From Firmicutes bacterium UBA3576 (GTDB lineage: Bacteria; Bacillota; Sulfobacillia; UBA3569): DNA of 64,000 nt. Made by a program: the position numbers and the translations under genes. Below, one piece after another: positions 51,472-61,093 of the stretch. The first letter of the stretch is position 1, and every line of letters starts with the position of its first letter. The stretch is from positions 1,373-65,372 of the forward strand of contig DFND01000053.1 of NCBI GenBank assembly GCA_002375895.1, in the 5' to 3' direction. The notes beneath the pieces are model-generated. The model did no database searches. It saw only the letters and a list, made by a program, of their open reading frames with translations, and had not been told where the DNA came from.

Positions 51472-54400
51472 ACCTGACCAACCTGGCAATCCGACGCCCG
51501 ATAACGGTGATCATGGCCATACTGATCGTCGTTCTCCTCGGCGGGGTCAGCCTGAGTCGGCTGGCCATCGACCTCTTCCCCTCCATGAACTTGCCCGTGG
51601 CCGTCGTCGTAACCTCGTACGAGGGGGCTGGCCCGCGTGAGGTAGAGAAATTCATATCCATCCCCATCGAGGAGGCCTTGGGGACGGTAAATAACATTAA
51701 TACCATCCGCTCTGAGAGCCAAGAGGGCCTCTCTATCGTCTCCGCCGTCTTCAATTGGGGGACCGATATGGATTTTGCCATCATGCAGATGCGCGACAGG
51801 GTCGAGCGCATTGAAGGTCTGCTCCCCGAGGATGCCGATACACCCCTTGTGCTGAAGATCGATCCCTCTATGTTGCCTGTGATGACCCTCGCCGTCTCCA
51901 GCGGCCAAGGCCTGGAGGATACTCGGAGGATAGTCACCGAGATCCTAAAGCCCAGGCTAGAGCGGCTTGACGGGGTCGCCTCGGTGGAGATCACGGGAGG
52001 GTATGAGCGAGAGGTTCAGGTCCTCGTTGACCCTATCAAGTTGCAGAGTTACGGCATTACGCTGGATGATATAATGCGGTCCCTGAGGTTCCATAACGTC
52101 GACCTGCCCGTGGGGAACGCCGACCTGGGCAGCAAGGAAGTCGTCGTTAGAATGACGGCTGAGTTTCAATCCATAGAAGAGATAGCTCGTCTGCCTGTGC
52201 CCGGGCCCAATGGTCTCATAGAGCTCGCCGATGTCAGTGAGGTGCAGATGGCCGCCAGAGAGGCGTCAACTATCACCCGCATGAACGGTGTGGAGAGTAT
52301 AGGCGTATCCATCCAGAAGCAGACGGATGCTAACACCGTGCAGGTCGCGCGCGCCGTCTCCGCAGAGCTAAAGAGGCTACGCGAGGAACTGCCGGATGAC
52401 GTGGAGATCACGGTGGCCCTGAACCAGGCCGAGTTCATAGAGGAATCCATAGCCAACTTGATAAGGAATGGGCTCATAGGCGCAGTACTGGCTGTGGGGA
52501 TCCTGTATGTCTTCCTGGGAAGCGTGAGTAATACGGCTATTATCGCCCTCGCCATCCCGATCTCTATGATCGCCACCTTCATCCTCATCTACTTCTCCGG
52601 CCTGACGCTGAATATCATGTCCCTAGGCGGGTTGGCCCTGGGCCTGGGGATGTTGGTGGACAACGCCATAGTTATCCTCGAGAATATCTTCAGGTACAAG
52701 GAATCCGGTTACAAGCCCGAAGAGGCGGCCAGCAAGGGAACGGCAGAGGTGGCTAACGCCGTCACTGCGTCAACTCTGACCACCATTGCTGTGTTCCTTC
52801 CAGTTGTCTTCATAGAAGGTGTGGCGTCTGAGCTCTTCAAGGAATTGGCTTTGACGGTCTCCTTCGCCCTCTTCTCGTCGCTGTTGGTCTCGCTCACAGT
52901 GATACCCATGTGGAGCGCCCACGTGGGCGAGAGGGTGCCTGGAAGGGCGCTCCCGCCCGCGGTCATGAACGGCTATCTGAAGACCCTGAGATGGGCTCTG
53001 GACCACCGGGCGACGGTCATCACCGTGGCGGTGCTCCTGCTGGCGTTGAGCATAGGGCTTTATCAGCTGGTGGGGGCTGAATTCCTTCCCGCCATGGACG
53101 AGGGCGAGTTCACGGTCGCCGTTAGGCTCCCCAACGGGACCTCTCTGGACCGGACGCTTGAGGTGGTCGAGCAGATAGAGAGGCGCCTCTGGACCCTTCC
53201 GGCAGTGGAGGACATTTTCCTCACAGCGGGTTCTTCAGGGGAGTTCATGGACGTCTCCGGCGGGAGTGAGCGCGGCCAACTGGTGGTTCGCCTGTCCGAC
53301 GATAGAGAGGTGAGCACCTTCGCAGTAGTGGAGGAGGCTCGTCGCCTGTTAGAGGATATACCTGGCGTGGACATCAAAGTGACCGCCTCCTCAGGGTACC
53401 TGGGCTCGGAGGCCTTCTCCGGTCCCCCGGTGGAGGTCAAGATCCTCGGTGACGACATAGAGGTGCTCATGGGTCTAGCCGAGCAGGTTGCGCAGATCAT
53501 TAAGGAGGTACCTGGCACTCGCGAGGTGGATACCACGGCTTCGGAGGGCAGACCTGAACTGAGGGTGATTCCCAGGAGCCCCCTGGCCTACACGTACGGG
53601 CTTAACCCGGCTGCTATCGGGACCTCGCTGAGGACCTCCCTACAGGGGCAGGTGGCCACGAGGTACAGGGTAGGGGGCGATGAGTTCGACGTTAGGGTTC
53701 GGCTAGCACCCGCTTACACAGACCACGTCGACGACCTGCCCTCGATCCCGCTGGCAACGGCGACGGGGACCTTCGTCTCCGTAGGGGATGTGTCTACGTT
53801 ACAACAGGGCGTGGGCCCGAACTCCATAGCCAGAGAGGGACAGGTGAGGTTGGTCTCCGTTACCGCGGACATCGTCGAGCGTGACCTCGCGAGCGTGGTC
53901 AGTGACATCAAGGCTGGAGTCGACCGCCTGGCCCTTCCCGCGGGCTACGAGATCGAGTACGGTGGACAGAATGAAGAGATGAGAGAGGCCTTCGGCAACC
54001 TGTACCTGGCTATGGCGCTCGCGGTGATCCTCGTATATATGATCATGGCGGGTCAGTTCGAATCCCTGCTACATCCTTTGATCATCATGTTCACCCTGCC
54101 GCTCGCCTTCGTGGGCGTGATGGCCGGCCTGGTGCTGACCGGACGAACCCTCAACGTGATCTCGCTCATAGGCGCTATCATGCTGGCCGGCATAGTGGTG
54201 AACAATGCGATCGTACTGGTGGACTATACCAACACGTTGCGGCGGAGAGGGAAGACACTGAGAGAAGCGTTGCTGGAGGCCGGTCCTACGAGGCTCAGGC
54301 CCATACTAATGACTGCGCTTACGACGATCCTGGCCCTGTTGCCGGTGGCCCTCGGATTTGGGCCCGGGGCTGAGGCGCAGGCCCCCTTGGCTACCGTGGT

Positions 54401-54515
54401 CGTCTCCGGTCTCGTGGTGGCCACCTTCTTGACGCTGGTGGTCATCCCCGTCGTTTACTTGACCCTAGAGAAGGTGGCAAGCCGCCTGTTCAGGAAGGAG
54501 AAGGTAGATGGGTGA
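51468..54515 (+). CDS. RND efflux transporter permease (AcrB/AcrD/AcrF family)
   Basis: 1015 aa, 12-TM RND architecture with two large loops. MNLTNLAIRRPITV N-terminus. 4-nt overlap with the adaptor gene. Confidence 0.9.
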   Translation: MNLTNLAIRRPITVIMAILIVVLLGGVSLSRLAIDLFPSMNLPVAVVVTSYEGAGPREVEKFISIPIEEALGTVNNINTIRSESQEGLSIVSAVFNWGTDMDFAIMQMRDRVERIEGLLPEDADTPLVLKIDPSMLPVMTLAVSSGQGLEDTRRIVTEILKPRLERLDGVASVEITGGYEREVQVLVDPIKLQSYGITLDDIMRSLRFHNVDLPVGNADLGSKEVVVRMTAEFQSIEEIARLPVPGPNGLIELADVSEVQMAAREASTITRMNGVESIGVSIQKQTDANTVQVARAVSAELKRLREELPDDVEITVALNQAEFIEESIANLIRNGLIGAVLAVGILYVFLGSVSNTAIIALAIPISMIATFILIYFSGLTLNIMSLGGLALGLGMLVDNAIVILENIFRYKESGYKPEEAASKGTAEVANAVTASTLTTIAVFLPVVFIEGVASELFKELALTVSFALFSSLLVSLTVIPMWSAHVGERVPGRALPPAVMNGYLKTLRWALDHRATVITVAVLLLALSIGLYQLVGAEFLPAMDEGEFTVAVRLPNGTSLDRTLEVVEQIERRLWTLPAVEDIFLTAGSSGEFMDVSGGSERGQLVVRLSDDREVSTFAVVEEARRLLEDIPGVDIKVTASSGYLGSEAFSGPPVEVKILGDDIEVLMGLAEQVAQIIKEVPGTREVDTTASEGRPELRVIPRSPLAYTYGLNPAAIGTSLRTSLQGQVATRYRVGGDEFDVRVRLAPAYTDHVDDLPSIPLATATGTFVSVGDVSTLQQGVGPNSIAREGQVRLVSVTADIVERDLASVVSDIKAGVDRLALPAGYEIEYGGQNEEMREAFGNLYLAMALAVILVYMIMAGQFESLLHPLIIMFTLPLAFVGVMAGLVLTGRTLNVISLIGAIMLAGIVVNNAIVLVDYTNTLRRRGKTLREALLEAGPTRLRPILMTALTTILALLPVALGFGPGAEAQAPLATVVVSGLVVATFLTLVVIPVVYLTLEKVASRLFRKEKVDG

Positions 54516-55074
54516 GGACAGGAGCAGCAGAAAAGAGGCTATTATGAAGGCCGCTCTCAGCGTCTTTTCGCAGCACGGCTTTCATGCCGCCCGGATAGAG
54601 GATATCTCGCGTGAGGCTGGTGTGGGGAAGGGTACCATTTACCAGTATTTTTCAAGCAAAGAGGACCTCTTTAGGGCCATGCTGATAGACGGCATGGAGA
54701 GGTATGTGCGAATCTTACAGTCCACCGTGGAGGAGGAGGATCGGGTGCGGGACCGGATCCGGGTTCTGTTCCAGACGAACCTGTACCTCGCCCGCACCAA
54801 CAGCCGGGCCGCCAGGGTGATCCTGGAAGGCTTGACTGGACTCGGCGATGAGATGCACGATTGGTTCCTCGGGCTGAGAGAGAATATTCTCTCCAGTCTG
54901 GAGAACCTCGTGAGGGAGGGTATAGAACGCGGCGAACTGCGGCCCGTTAATCCCCGACACGCTGCCTATCTTCTCCTAGGCGTTCTACACACCCTGGCGG
55001 TCGCAGGCATGATGGGCGAGACCGAAGACGAGACGATCTCGGACATGGTCTTGATGGGCCTCGAACCCCGCTAG
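54508..55074 (+). CDS. TetR/AcrR-family transcriptional regulator
   Basis: N-terminal HTH FSQHGFHAARIEDISREAGVGKGTIYQYFSSKEDLF. 8-nt overlap with the RND gene (ATGGGTGA). Confidence 0.9.
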   Translation: MGEDRSSRKEAIMKAALSVFSQHGFHAARIEDISREAGVGKGTIYQYFSSKEDLFRAMLIDGMERYVRILQSTVEEEDRVRDRIRVLFQTNLYLARTNSRAARVILEGLTGLGDEMHDWFLGLRENILSSLENLVREGIERGELRPVNPRHAAYLLLGVLHTLAVAGMMGETEDETISDMVLMGLEPR

Positions 55075-56096
55075 GGCTTCAAGATCACCTTGCCGCAGTT
55101 TCCGCTTCCCATAAGCTCCATGGCCTCAGCGTATCTATCCATGGGCAATACGTGAGTTATCACCGGGCTCACGTCCAATCCAGACGCGAGCAGGGACGAC
55201 GTTAGATGCCAAGTCTCGTACATCCGCCGGCCGAAGATTCCCTGTACGACTGCTCCCTTAAAGATGATCTCGTTCGTGAGGTCGATCTCGACGGGTCGCG
55301 AGGGGATGCCTAACAAGGAGGCGCGGCCACCACTGCGCAGCACGCGGAAACCGGCCCGGATCGCGTCGGGGTTCCCCGACATCTCTAGCATCACGTCTAC
55401 GCCCTGCCCCTTGGTCTCGGCCAGGATCTCGGCCGCGACGTCGATCTCTGCGGCGTTAAGGACCTCGTCCGCTCCGAGGTCCCGGGCCAGTTCCAGCCGG
55501 TAGGGATTCACGTCGGTGGCGAAGATCGTCCTGGCGCCAGCGATGCGACATATGGCGATACTGAAAAGACCGATGGGGCCGCAGCCAATTACCGCCACGG
55601 TCTTGCCCGTTATGTCGCCCGCGAAAACTGTATGTACGGCGTTCCCCAAGGGCTCTTGTATAGCCGCCACTTCAGGCGGTAAGGCCCTGTCCGTGTGCCA
55701 GAGGTTCTGGGCGGGCACCTTGACGTATTCGGCGAAACACCCATCCACGTCGACCCCGATGACCGCCACCTCTTGACACACGTGAGCCTGTCCCTGACGA
55801 CATTGAGCGCAGTGGCCGCACACGATGTGGGTCTCCGCTGTTACGTAATCGCCAAGTGAGACCTGTTGGACGCCTGGGCCCACCTTGACGACCTCTCCGC
55901 AAAACTCATGGCCGAAGATCCGCGGGACCTCTATTCTGCTGGCCGCCCAATCGTCCCAGGTGTATATATGGTAATCCGTACCACAGATGGACGCGCGGAT
56001 CACCTTGCACACAACCTCGCCGGGCCCGGCCTCGGGAACTTCTACTTCAACTAGCTCTGCCCCCGGTCGGGGAGCAGCCTTCAACAGGGCCTTCAT
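55071..56096 (-). CDS. tdh: L-threonine 3-dehydrogenase (Zn-dependent MDR family)
   Basis: MKALLK..., catalytic Zn CGTDYHIY and GHEFCGEV, structural Zn CGHCAQCRQGQAHVC, and GCGPIG NAD motif. ATG 56096 lies 6 nt after AGGAGGTG. Confidence 0.85.
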   Translation of the reverse strand: MKALLKAAPRPGAELVEVEVPEAGPGEVVCKVIRASICGTDYHIYTWDDWAASRIEVPRIFGHEFCGEVVKVGPGVQQVSLGDYVTAETHIVCGHCAQCRQGQAHVCQEVAVIGVDVDGCFAEYVKVPAQNLWHTDRALPPEVAAIQEPLGNAVHTVFAGDITGKTVAVIGCGPIGLFSIAICRIAGARTIFATDVNPYRLELARDLGADEVLNAAEIDVAAEILAETKGQGVDVMLEMSGNPDAIRAGFRVLRSGGRASLLGIPSRPVEIDLTNEIIFKGAVVQGIFGRRMYETWHLTSSLLASGLDVSPVITHVLPMDRYAEAMELMGSGNCGKVILKP

Positions 56097-56214
56097 CTGC
56101 CGCACCTCCTGTGTTCTACTAAGGGAAAGCGATTAGGTTGTATTTCCACAGCGCATGGAGTATACTCTATTATGCAACTCCTACCAGTCTTCCTTGGTTG
56201 GGGGTGAGACGGCT

Positions 56215-56646
56215 ATGGTCCGCATGGAACTGGTTAGCATCGGCATAGTCCAAGGCACGGATGGAACCGTGATGGTCCTTCGGGAGGTGGACAACAGCCG
56301 GCTGCTGGTCATAGGGATCGGCCCCCTCGAAGCCAGTGCCATTGCCATGGAGCTGCAAGGCATAGTTCCTCCCCGGCCCATGACCCATGACCTCCTCAAG
56401 AACGTGCTGAACACCTTTAGACTTTCCGTGGAGAGGATAGTTATAACCGACCTCAGGGACAACACCTTCTTCGCCATCATAAGGCTGAAGAGCCCTACGG
56501 AGTCGGTCGACGTCGATTCGAGGCCCAGTGATGCCATAGCCCTAGCTTTACGTACCGGTGCGCCGATATACTGCGAAGAATCAGTCCTTGAGGCGGCCGG
56601 CATATCCGATGACCTTGACGATGACAACTCAACTTTAGTGCATTAA
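56215..56646 (+). CDS. bifunctional nuclease (BFN/DUF151) family protein
   Basis: MVLREVDNSRLLVIGIGPLEASAIAMELQGIVPPRPMTHDLL...DSRPSDAIALALR matches the BFN-domain pattern. ATG 56215 follows GGGGGTGAG. Confidence 0.75.
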   Translation: MVRMELVSIGIVQGTDGTVMVLREVDNSRLLVIGIGPLEASAIAMELQGIVPPRPMTHDLLKNVLNTFRLSVERIVITDLRDNTFFAIIRLKSPTESVDVDSRPSDAIALALRTGAPIYCEESVLEAAGISDDLDDDNSTLVH

Positions 56647-56669
56647 AAAAGCCTCTCGTAGTGAGAAGC

Positions 56670-57341
56670 TCAGCCCTCCAGTGTCAGCTCGCCCCCAGGT
56701 TGGACTATCTCCACCTTGGCTGTAGTCTGCCGCTCCACCTCGCGCTTGAACTCCAAGGGGTCGGCCTGAATGAGAGGCCAGGTGTTGTAGTGATAGGGTA
56801 TTACCAGCTTCGGGTCCAACATTTTCACAGCCAAGACGGCATCGATTACACCCATGGTGAAGTTATCCCCGATGGGCAACAACGCGAGATCGATGCTCTC
56901 CAGCTCGGCAAGTAGCCGCATGTCGCCGAACAGGCCCGTATCGCCAGCGAAGTAGGTGGTGTACCCCCCTGTTACGACGATGAACCCGCATGCATGACCA
57001 CCGGGAACGCCCGCACCATGCAGGGCCGGGGTCAGCCTCACCCTACCGAAGTCGAAGGCGCGGCACCCTCCGATGTGCATACCGTGAGCCTGTGCCCCCT
57101 CTTCCGAACACTTAGTGGCCAACTCGGCCGTCGTGATGATGAGGGCCTGAGTTCGCCGCGCTATCTCCACGGCCTCGCCGAGATGGTCGAAATGGCCATG
57201 AGACACCAATATGTAGTCGGGATTCACGTCCTCGGGGCCAATGGAGGCGACCGGGTTATCCCTCAGGTATGGGTCGAAGAGCAGTTTGCCCTTACCGGTG
57301 TCCAGCTCGAAGCACGCATGGCCGTGGAACACGATCTTCAT
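56670..57341 (-). CDS. UPF0173-type metallo-beta-lactamase-fold hydrolase
   Basis: MKIVFHGHACFEL..., ILVSHGHFDH metal motif. ATG 57341 follows GGAAGGGGGGGA. Confidence 0.8.
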   Translation of the reverse strand: MKIVFHGHACFELDTGKGKLLFDPYLRDNPVASIGPEDVNPDYILVSHGHFDHLGEAVEIARRTQALIITTAELATKCSEEGAQAHGMHIGGCRAFDFGRVRLTPALHGAGVPGGHACGFIVVTGGYTTYFAGDTGLFGDMRLLAELESIDLALLPIGDNFTMGVIDAVLAVKMLDPKLVIPYHYNTWPLIQADPLEFKREVERQTTAKVEIVQPGGELTLEG

Positions 57342-57611
57342 TCCTGATCCCCCCCTTCCATTCCCTCTGGCAGGATTATAATAACAGAAAATCCTAGCAG
57401 GCACAAGGCGACCTCGTCTCCTCGGTCCCCGAGGTCAACAACCCCCTGGAATCCAATAAGCAGCCGCAAAAACTCGACCTTGCACAGGCACCTCGGGCAC
57501 AATACGATTACAGTAGGCGTCAGCGCGGAGGACCCGCCTGAGACGGCCCGAAGGGGGAACAGCTCTTGGCCGCGAACTTACAGAACAAATCGGCGTAGGG
57601 GAGGAATAAAG

Positions 57612-58604
57612 GTGAGGATTGGACAGGTAATAGTGCCTCACGGTATCGTCTTAGCCCCGATGGCGGGTGTTACCAACCGGCCTTTTCGTTTGCTGGCCAA
57701 AGAGCAGGGATGCGAACTGATGTTTACTGAGATGGTAAGCGCCAAGGCTATCCTGCACGGGAACCCGAAGACCATGAGAATGGTACAATTTGACGATGCC
57801 GAGCGGCCAATTGGCATCCAGTTGTTCGGGAGTGACCCCGACTCCATGGCCGCCGCCGCTGCCAGGCTTATGGAGTTCGGCCCCGACCTGATCGACATCA
57901 ACATGGGGTGCCCGGTGCCGAAGATCGTCCGAAACGGCGAGGGCGCTGCCTTGATGCGTGATCTGAAGAGGGCCGGCGAAATAGTAGCGGCGGTGAAGAA
58001 GGCGGTCCCTGTTCCGGTCACCGTCAAGATGCGTAAAGGATGGGACGACGCCAGTGTGAACGCCGTAGAGTTGGCCAAGGTCTGTGAGGATGCCGGCTGT
58101 GACGCCATCACGGTGCACGGTCGGACTAGAGAGCAGTTTTACTCGGGTTCGGCCGACTGGAACATCATAGCCGAGGTCAAGCAGGCGGTGTCGGTGCCCG
58201 TCATCGGGAATGGCGACGTCTTCACCGCGGGTGACGCCCAGCGCCTGCTCCAGTTGACTGGATGCGATGGGATTATGGTCGCCAGGGGAGCCTTGGGCAA
58301 CCCCTGGGTGTTCCGCGAAATCAAGGCCCTCCTCGTCCACGGGGAGGTCCTTCCCCCGCCTACTATCGAAGAGAAAGTGAAGGGGGCCCTTTGCCTCCTG
58401 GAAAAGCTGGTGGAATGGAAGGGCGAGCCGGTGGCGGTAAGGGAGATGAGGAAACACGCCGCCTGGTACGTCAAGGGCCTCCCCGGTGCTGCCGCCTTGC
58501 GTCGCCGCATCTATCAGGCCGCCACTGCTCAGGAGATGAGGAGATTGCTCGAGGAGTATGGGAGGGGAGAAGCCTATGTACATGGTGACAACGCCGGTTG
58601 CTAA
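57612..58604 (+). CDS. dusB: tRNA-dihydrouridine synthase B
   Basis: LAPMAGVTNRPFRLL, INMGCP, HGRT and NGD motifs of the Dus family. GTG 57612 follows GGGGAGGAATAAAG. The track start at 57480 is an extension. Confidence 0.9.
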   Translation: MRIGQVIVPHGIVLAPMAGVTNRPFRLLAKEQGCELMFTEMVSAKAILHGNPKTMRMVQFDDAERPIGIQLFGSDPDSMAAAAARLMEFGPDLIDINMGCPVPKIVRNGEGAALMRDLKRAGEIVAAVKKAVPVPVTVKMRKGWDDASVNAVELAKVCEDAGCDAITVHGRTREQFYSGSADWNIIAEVKQAVSVPVIGNGDVFTAGDAQRLLQLTGCDGIMVARGALGNPWVFREIKALLVHGEVLPPPTIEEKVKGALCLLEKLVEWKGEPVAVREMRKHAAWYVKGLPGAAALRRRIYQAATAQEMRRLLEEYGRGEAYVHGDNAGC

Positions 58605-59529
58605 CGGTGTTTTCCCGCGCCCTGACGGAGGCTACATTAACGGAGTTTTCGCCGAACCCGGGATGAAGGACCTGCTGGACCTCGCCGTTAGGGAGGGTTT
58701 GTTCCTAGCGCCCCTCACGCCCGAAGGTTATCTCTATCCGGTAGGGGTGAGGGCAATTGTCGTCGACGCCTGGAGACAGCCGGTCTACGTTGGGAATCCC
58801 CCGCGCAAGGTAAAAGTTGTTTTCGCCAGGGTAAAAGGGGCGGGGCATGTCAAAGCATCACGTTTCACCGTCGGTGGCGGACAGATCCTCGCTCTTGACG
58901 TTGAGCCGCTGGACATCGAGGTTTTGCGTGAAGGGGGATATCCCGTTATCTCTGCAGCTGGATGGAGGCCGACCCATGGCGAGACCTTAATGAACGGCGT
59001 GGAAAGCACCTGGGTTCGCATTTACGGGGAGGCATTGGAGGATGGCCAGGAGGTGGCTGTTCAAGCCAACCTGTCAGGGCTGGTGTCACCAGAGCTCGCC
59101 CACACCATCGAACATGCTATCATCAGAAGCCTGCGCTTTTACGCCCTTTGCACCGTCAAGACCCTGCGCCACTCCCTACAACAGGAATCGGAGGAGCTGA
59201 AGACATCTCTCGAGGTGGGATTTCGCTTTCGTTTACCGGAAGTATTCGGCGTCACCAAGTCCGGTGCGTGCGGTAATCCCCTCACTAATCTCGTTCACTT
59301 CCATCTCCACCGCGAATTTCTGCGGGGGTTGGAGAAAGGCCTGGGGCCTGGCGAAGCCCTACAGGAGTCGCGTCGTTTGGCCCTGTCCAAGGTAACCGAG
59401 GACCTGAACTTGTCTTCGGAGCAGATCTTGAGAAACTTAAAGATAGGGATGTGGCACGAAGATGAAATCCTCACGCCACGGAACTTGGCCAAGATCCTGG
59501 CCCGATTCCCGGCCGATCCCTGGTCATGA
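58576..59529 (+). CDS. hypothetical protein with an HxxEH...C motif (possible LuxS-like metal site)
   Basis: 317 aa. ATG 58576 lies 6 nt after GGAGGGGAG and overlaps the dusB 3' end by 29 nt. It contains LAHTIEHAIIRSLRF and, 52 residues later, SGACGNP. I recognise no family. Confidence 0.5.
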   Translation: MYMVTTPVANGVFPRPDGGYINGVFAEPGMKDLLDLAVREGLFLAPLTPEGYLYPVGVRAIVVDAWRQPVYVGNPPRKVKVVFARVKGAGHVKASRFTVGGGQILALDVEPLDIEVLREGGYPVISAAGWRPTHGETLMNGVESTWVRIYGEALEDGQEVAVQANLSGLVSPELAHTIEHAIIRSLRFYALCTVKTLRHSLQQESEELKTSLEVGFRFRLPEVFGVTKSGACGNPLTNLVHFHLHREFLRGLEKGLGPGEALQESRRLALSKVTEDLNLSSEQILRNLKIGMWHEDEILTPRNLAKILARFPADPWS

Positions 59530-59531
59530 TG

Positions 59532-59560
59532 TTGTTAATGTCTAGCAGAGATGGTAGAAT
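59532..59560 (+). promoter_or_regulatory. candidate internal promoter with extended -10 (TTGTTA, 17 nt, TGgTAGAAT)
   Basis: TTGTTA 59532-37; TG at 59552-53; TAGAAT 59555-60. Located in the 50-70 nt gap before the HTH gene. Confidence 0.45.
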
Positions 59561-59599
59561 GGATATGAGCACGGTATTGTGCACAACGGGGGTGCTTGC

Positions 59600-60127
59600 G
59601 TGGCTCTCATAAGGGTTGGCGACAAGCTTATTGACCGCAATCGCATCGACAGGGCTATCGACCGGATCTTGGATGAACGGCGCAAGGGTCGCTCGCAGCA
59701 GGAAGTGGCGGAGAAGTTCAAGATCGATCGCTCCTTCATCTCACGGCTTGAGAATCTGGGAGAAGTTCGCAAAGGCGGTACCATCGCCGTGATCGGCTTC
59801 CCCATTGGAAATAAGGAGGAGCTACATCAAGTTTGCCAGGAAGAGGGCGTAGATTTCACGCTCCTGCTGACGGAGAAAGAGAGATGGGCTTATGTCGAGG
59901 AGCGCAGCGGCATCGAGCTCGTTAACGAGATCATGCAGCTTATCAGGCGAGTTCGCACTTACGATACGGTAATAGTCCTGGGGTCAGACAAGCGAGTTGA
60001 AATGATCCAGGCCTTGTTGGATACCGATGTCGTAAGTGAGCCCATTGGTCACTCACCCCTTCGCCAGGACGTGTACTACGAGCCGGAGAAGCTGAGAGCG
60101 CTGATCCGGGCTCTGCAGGGAAGATAG
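59600..60127 (+). CDS. putative transcriptional regulator: N-terminal HTH plus an uncharacterised alpha/beta C-domain
   Basis: RRKGRSQQEVAEKFKIDRSFISRLEN is a short HTH. The C-terminal 110 aa (TIAVIGFPIGNKEEL...TVIVLGSDK) looks Rossmann-like. GTG 59600 lies 5 nt after ACGGGGGTG; the track start at 59579 has no RBS. Confidence 0.5.
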   Translation: MALIRVGDKLIDRNRIDRAIDRILDERRKGRSQQEVAEKFKIDRSFISRLENLGEVRKGGTIAVIGFPIGNKEELHQVCQEEGVDFTLLLTEKERWAYVEERSGIELVNEIMQLIRRVRTYDTVIVLGSDKRVEMIQALLDTDVVSEPIGHSPLRQDVYYEPEKLRALIRALQGR

Positions 60128-60146
60128 AGCTGGGAGGAATGTCACT

Positions 60147-61052
60147 TTGAAATGGATCGTAAGCGTTAGTCTGGGGTCCTCTGCGCGAGATCATATGGTC
60201 GAGGTAGAGCTTCTGGGTGAGAAGTATAGGATCGAACGTCGCGGGACGGATGGGGACAAGAGAAAGGCCATATCTATACTAAATGAGCTTGACGGCAAAG
60301 TCGACGCCTTCGGCATGGGCGGAATCGACCTCTACGTGTGCGCAGGAAAACGGCGGTATGCCCTGCGGGACGCTCTGGACCTGGCCCGAACGCCGCAGAA
60401 GACCCCCATCGTCGACGGGACCGGCCTGAAGAACACTCTCGAGAGAAGAGTGATCAGGCAGCTCGCTGAAGACGGGAGGTTTCCACTTCAGGGCAAGAAG
60501 GTCCTGCTCGTCTCCGCGGTCGACAGGTTCGGAATGGCTGAGGCCCTCGTCGAGGTGGGCGCCGACCTCATCATCGGGGACTTGATCTTCGTCTTGGGAG
60601 TGCCGGTGAAGTTAAGGTCCTTGCGGACCTTGGATCTCCTGGCGCGAGTCATCGCTCCGATTGCCTGTCGCCTGCCCATCTCTATGCTGTATCCCACCGG
60701 CGAGAAGCAGGAGAGGACAGAGACCAAGTACGCCCGGTACTATGAAGAGGCTGACGTGATAGCGGGAGATTTCCACTTCATCAAACGCTACATGCCGCCT
60801 AGGTTGGATGGTAAAGCGATAATCACCAATACCACCACGCCTTCGGACATCGAGTTACTGAGAGAGGCAGGCGTGACCACGCTGGTTACTACCACACCTA
60901 GGCTGGAGGGCAGGTCCTTCGGGACGAACGTCATGGAGGCCGTGATTGTGGCAGCATCGGGCAAGCGGCCGGAGGAGCTGACCGTTCGGGACTATGAGGA
61001 GTTGCTAGAGGCGCTAGGCTTTGAGCCCACGGTCTTAGATCTCGCTAGCTGA
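60147..61052 (+). CDS. conserved hypothetical alpha/beta protein (function unknown)
   Basis: 301 aa. KWIVSVSLGSSARDHMVEVELLGEKYRIERRGTDGD...DAFGMGGIDLY. TTG start 8 nt after GGGAGGA. I recall similar Firmicute proteins auto-annotated as dehydrogenase-like without experimental support, but I cannot verify that here. Confidence 0.45.
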   Translation: MKWIVSVSLGSSARDHMVEVELLGEKYRIERRGTDGDKRKAISILNELDGKVDAFGMGGIDLYVCAGKRRYALRDALDLARTPQKTPIVDGTGLKNTLERRVIRQLAEDGRFPLQGKKVLLVSAVDRFGMAEALVEVGADLIIGDLIFVLGVPVKLRSLRTLDLLARVIAPIACRLPISMLYPTGEKQERTETKYARYYEEADVIAGDFHFIKRYMPPRLDGKAIITNTTTPSDIELLREAGVTTLVTTTPRLEGRSFGTNVMEAVIVAASGKRPEELTVRDYEELLEALGFEPTVLDLAS

Positions 61053-61093
61053 GCGGTTCCGCTTGTCAATCCACAGCAGGCGGAGGGCGTCCC

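Noticed and set aside
57651-58583. 310-aa minus-strand ORF antisense to dusB
   Set aside because: This is the same artefact class. dusB on the plus strand has all the family motifs, while the antisense product is low-complexity and lacks an RBS.
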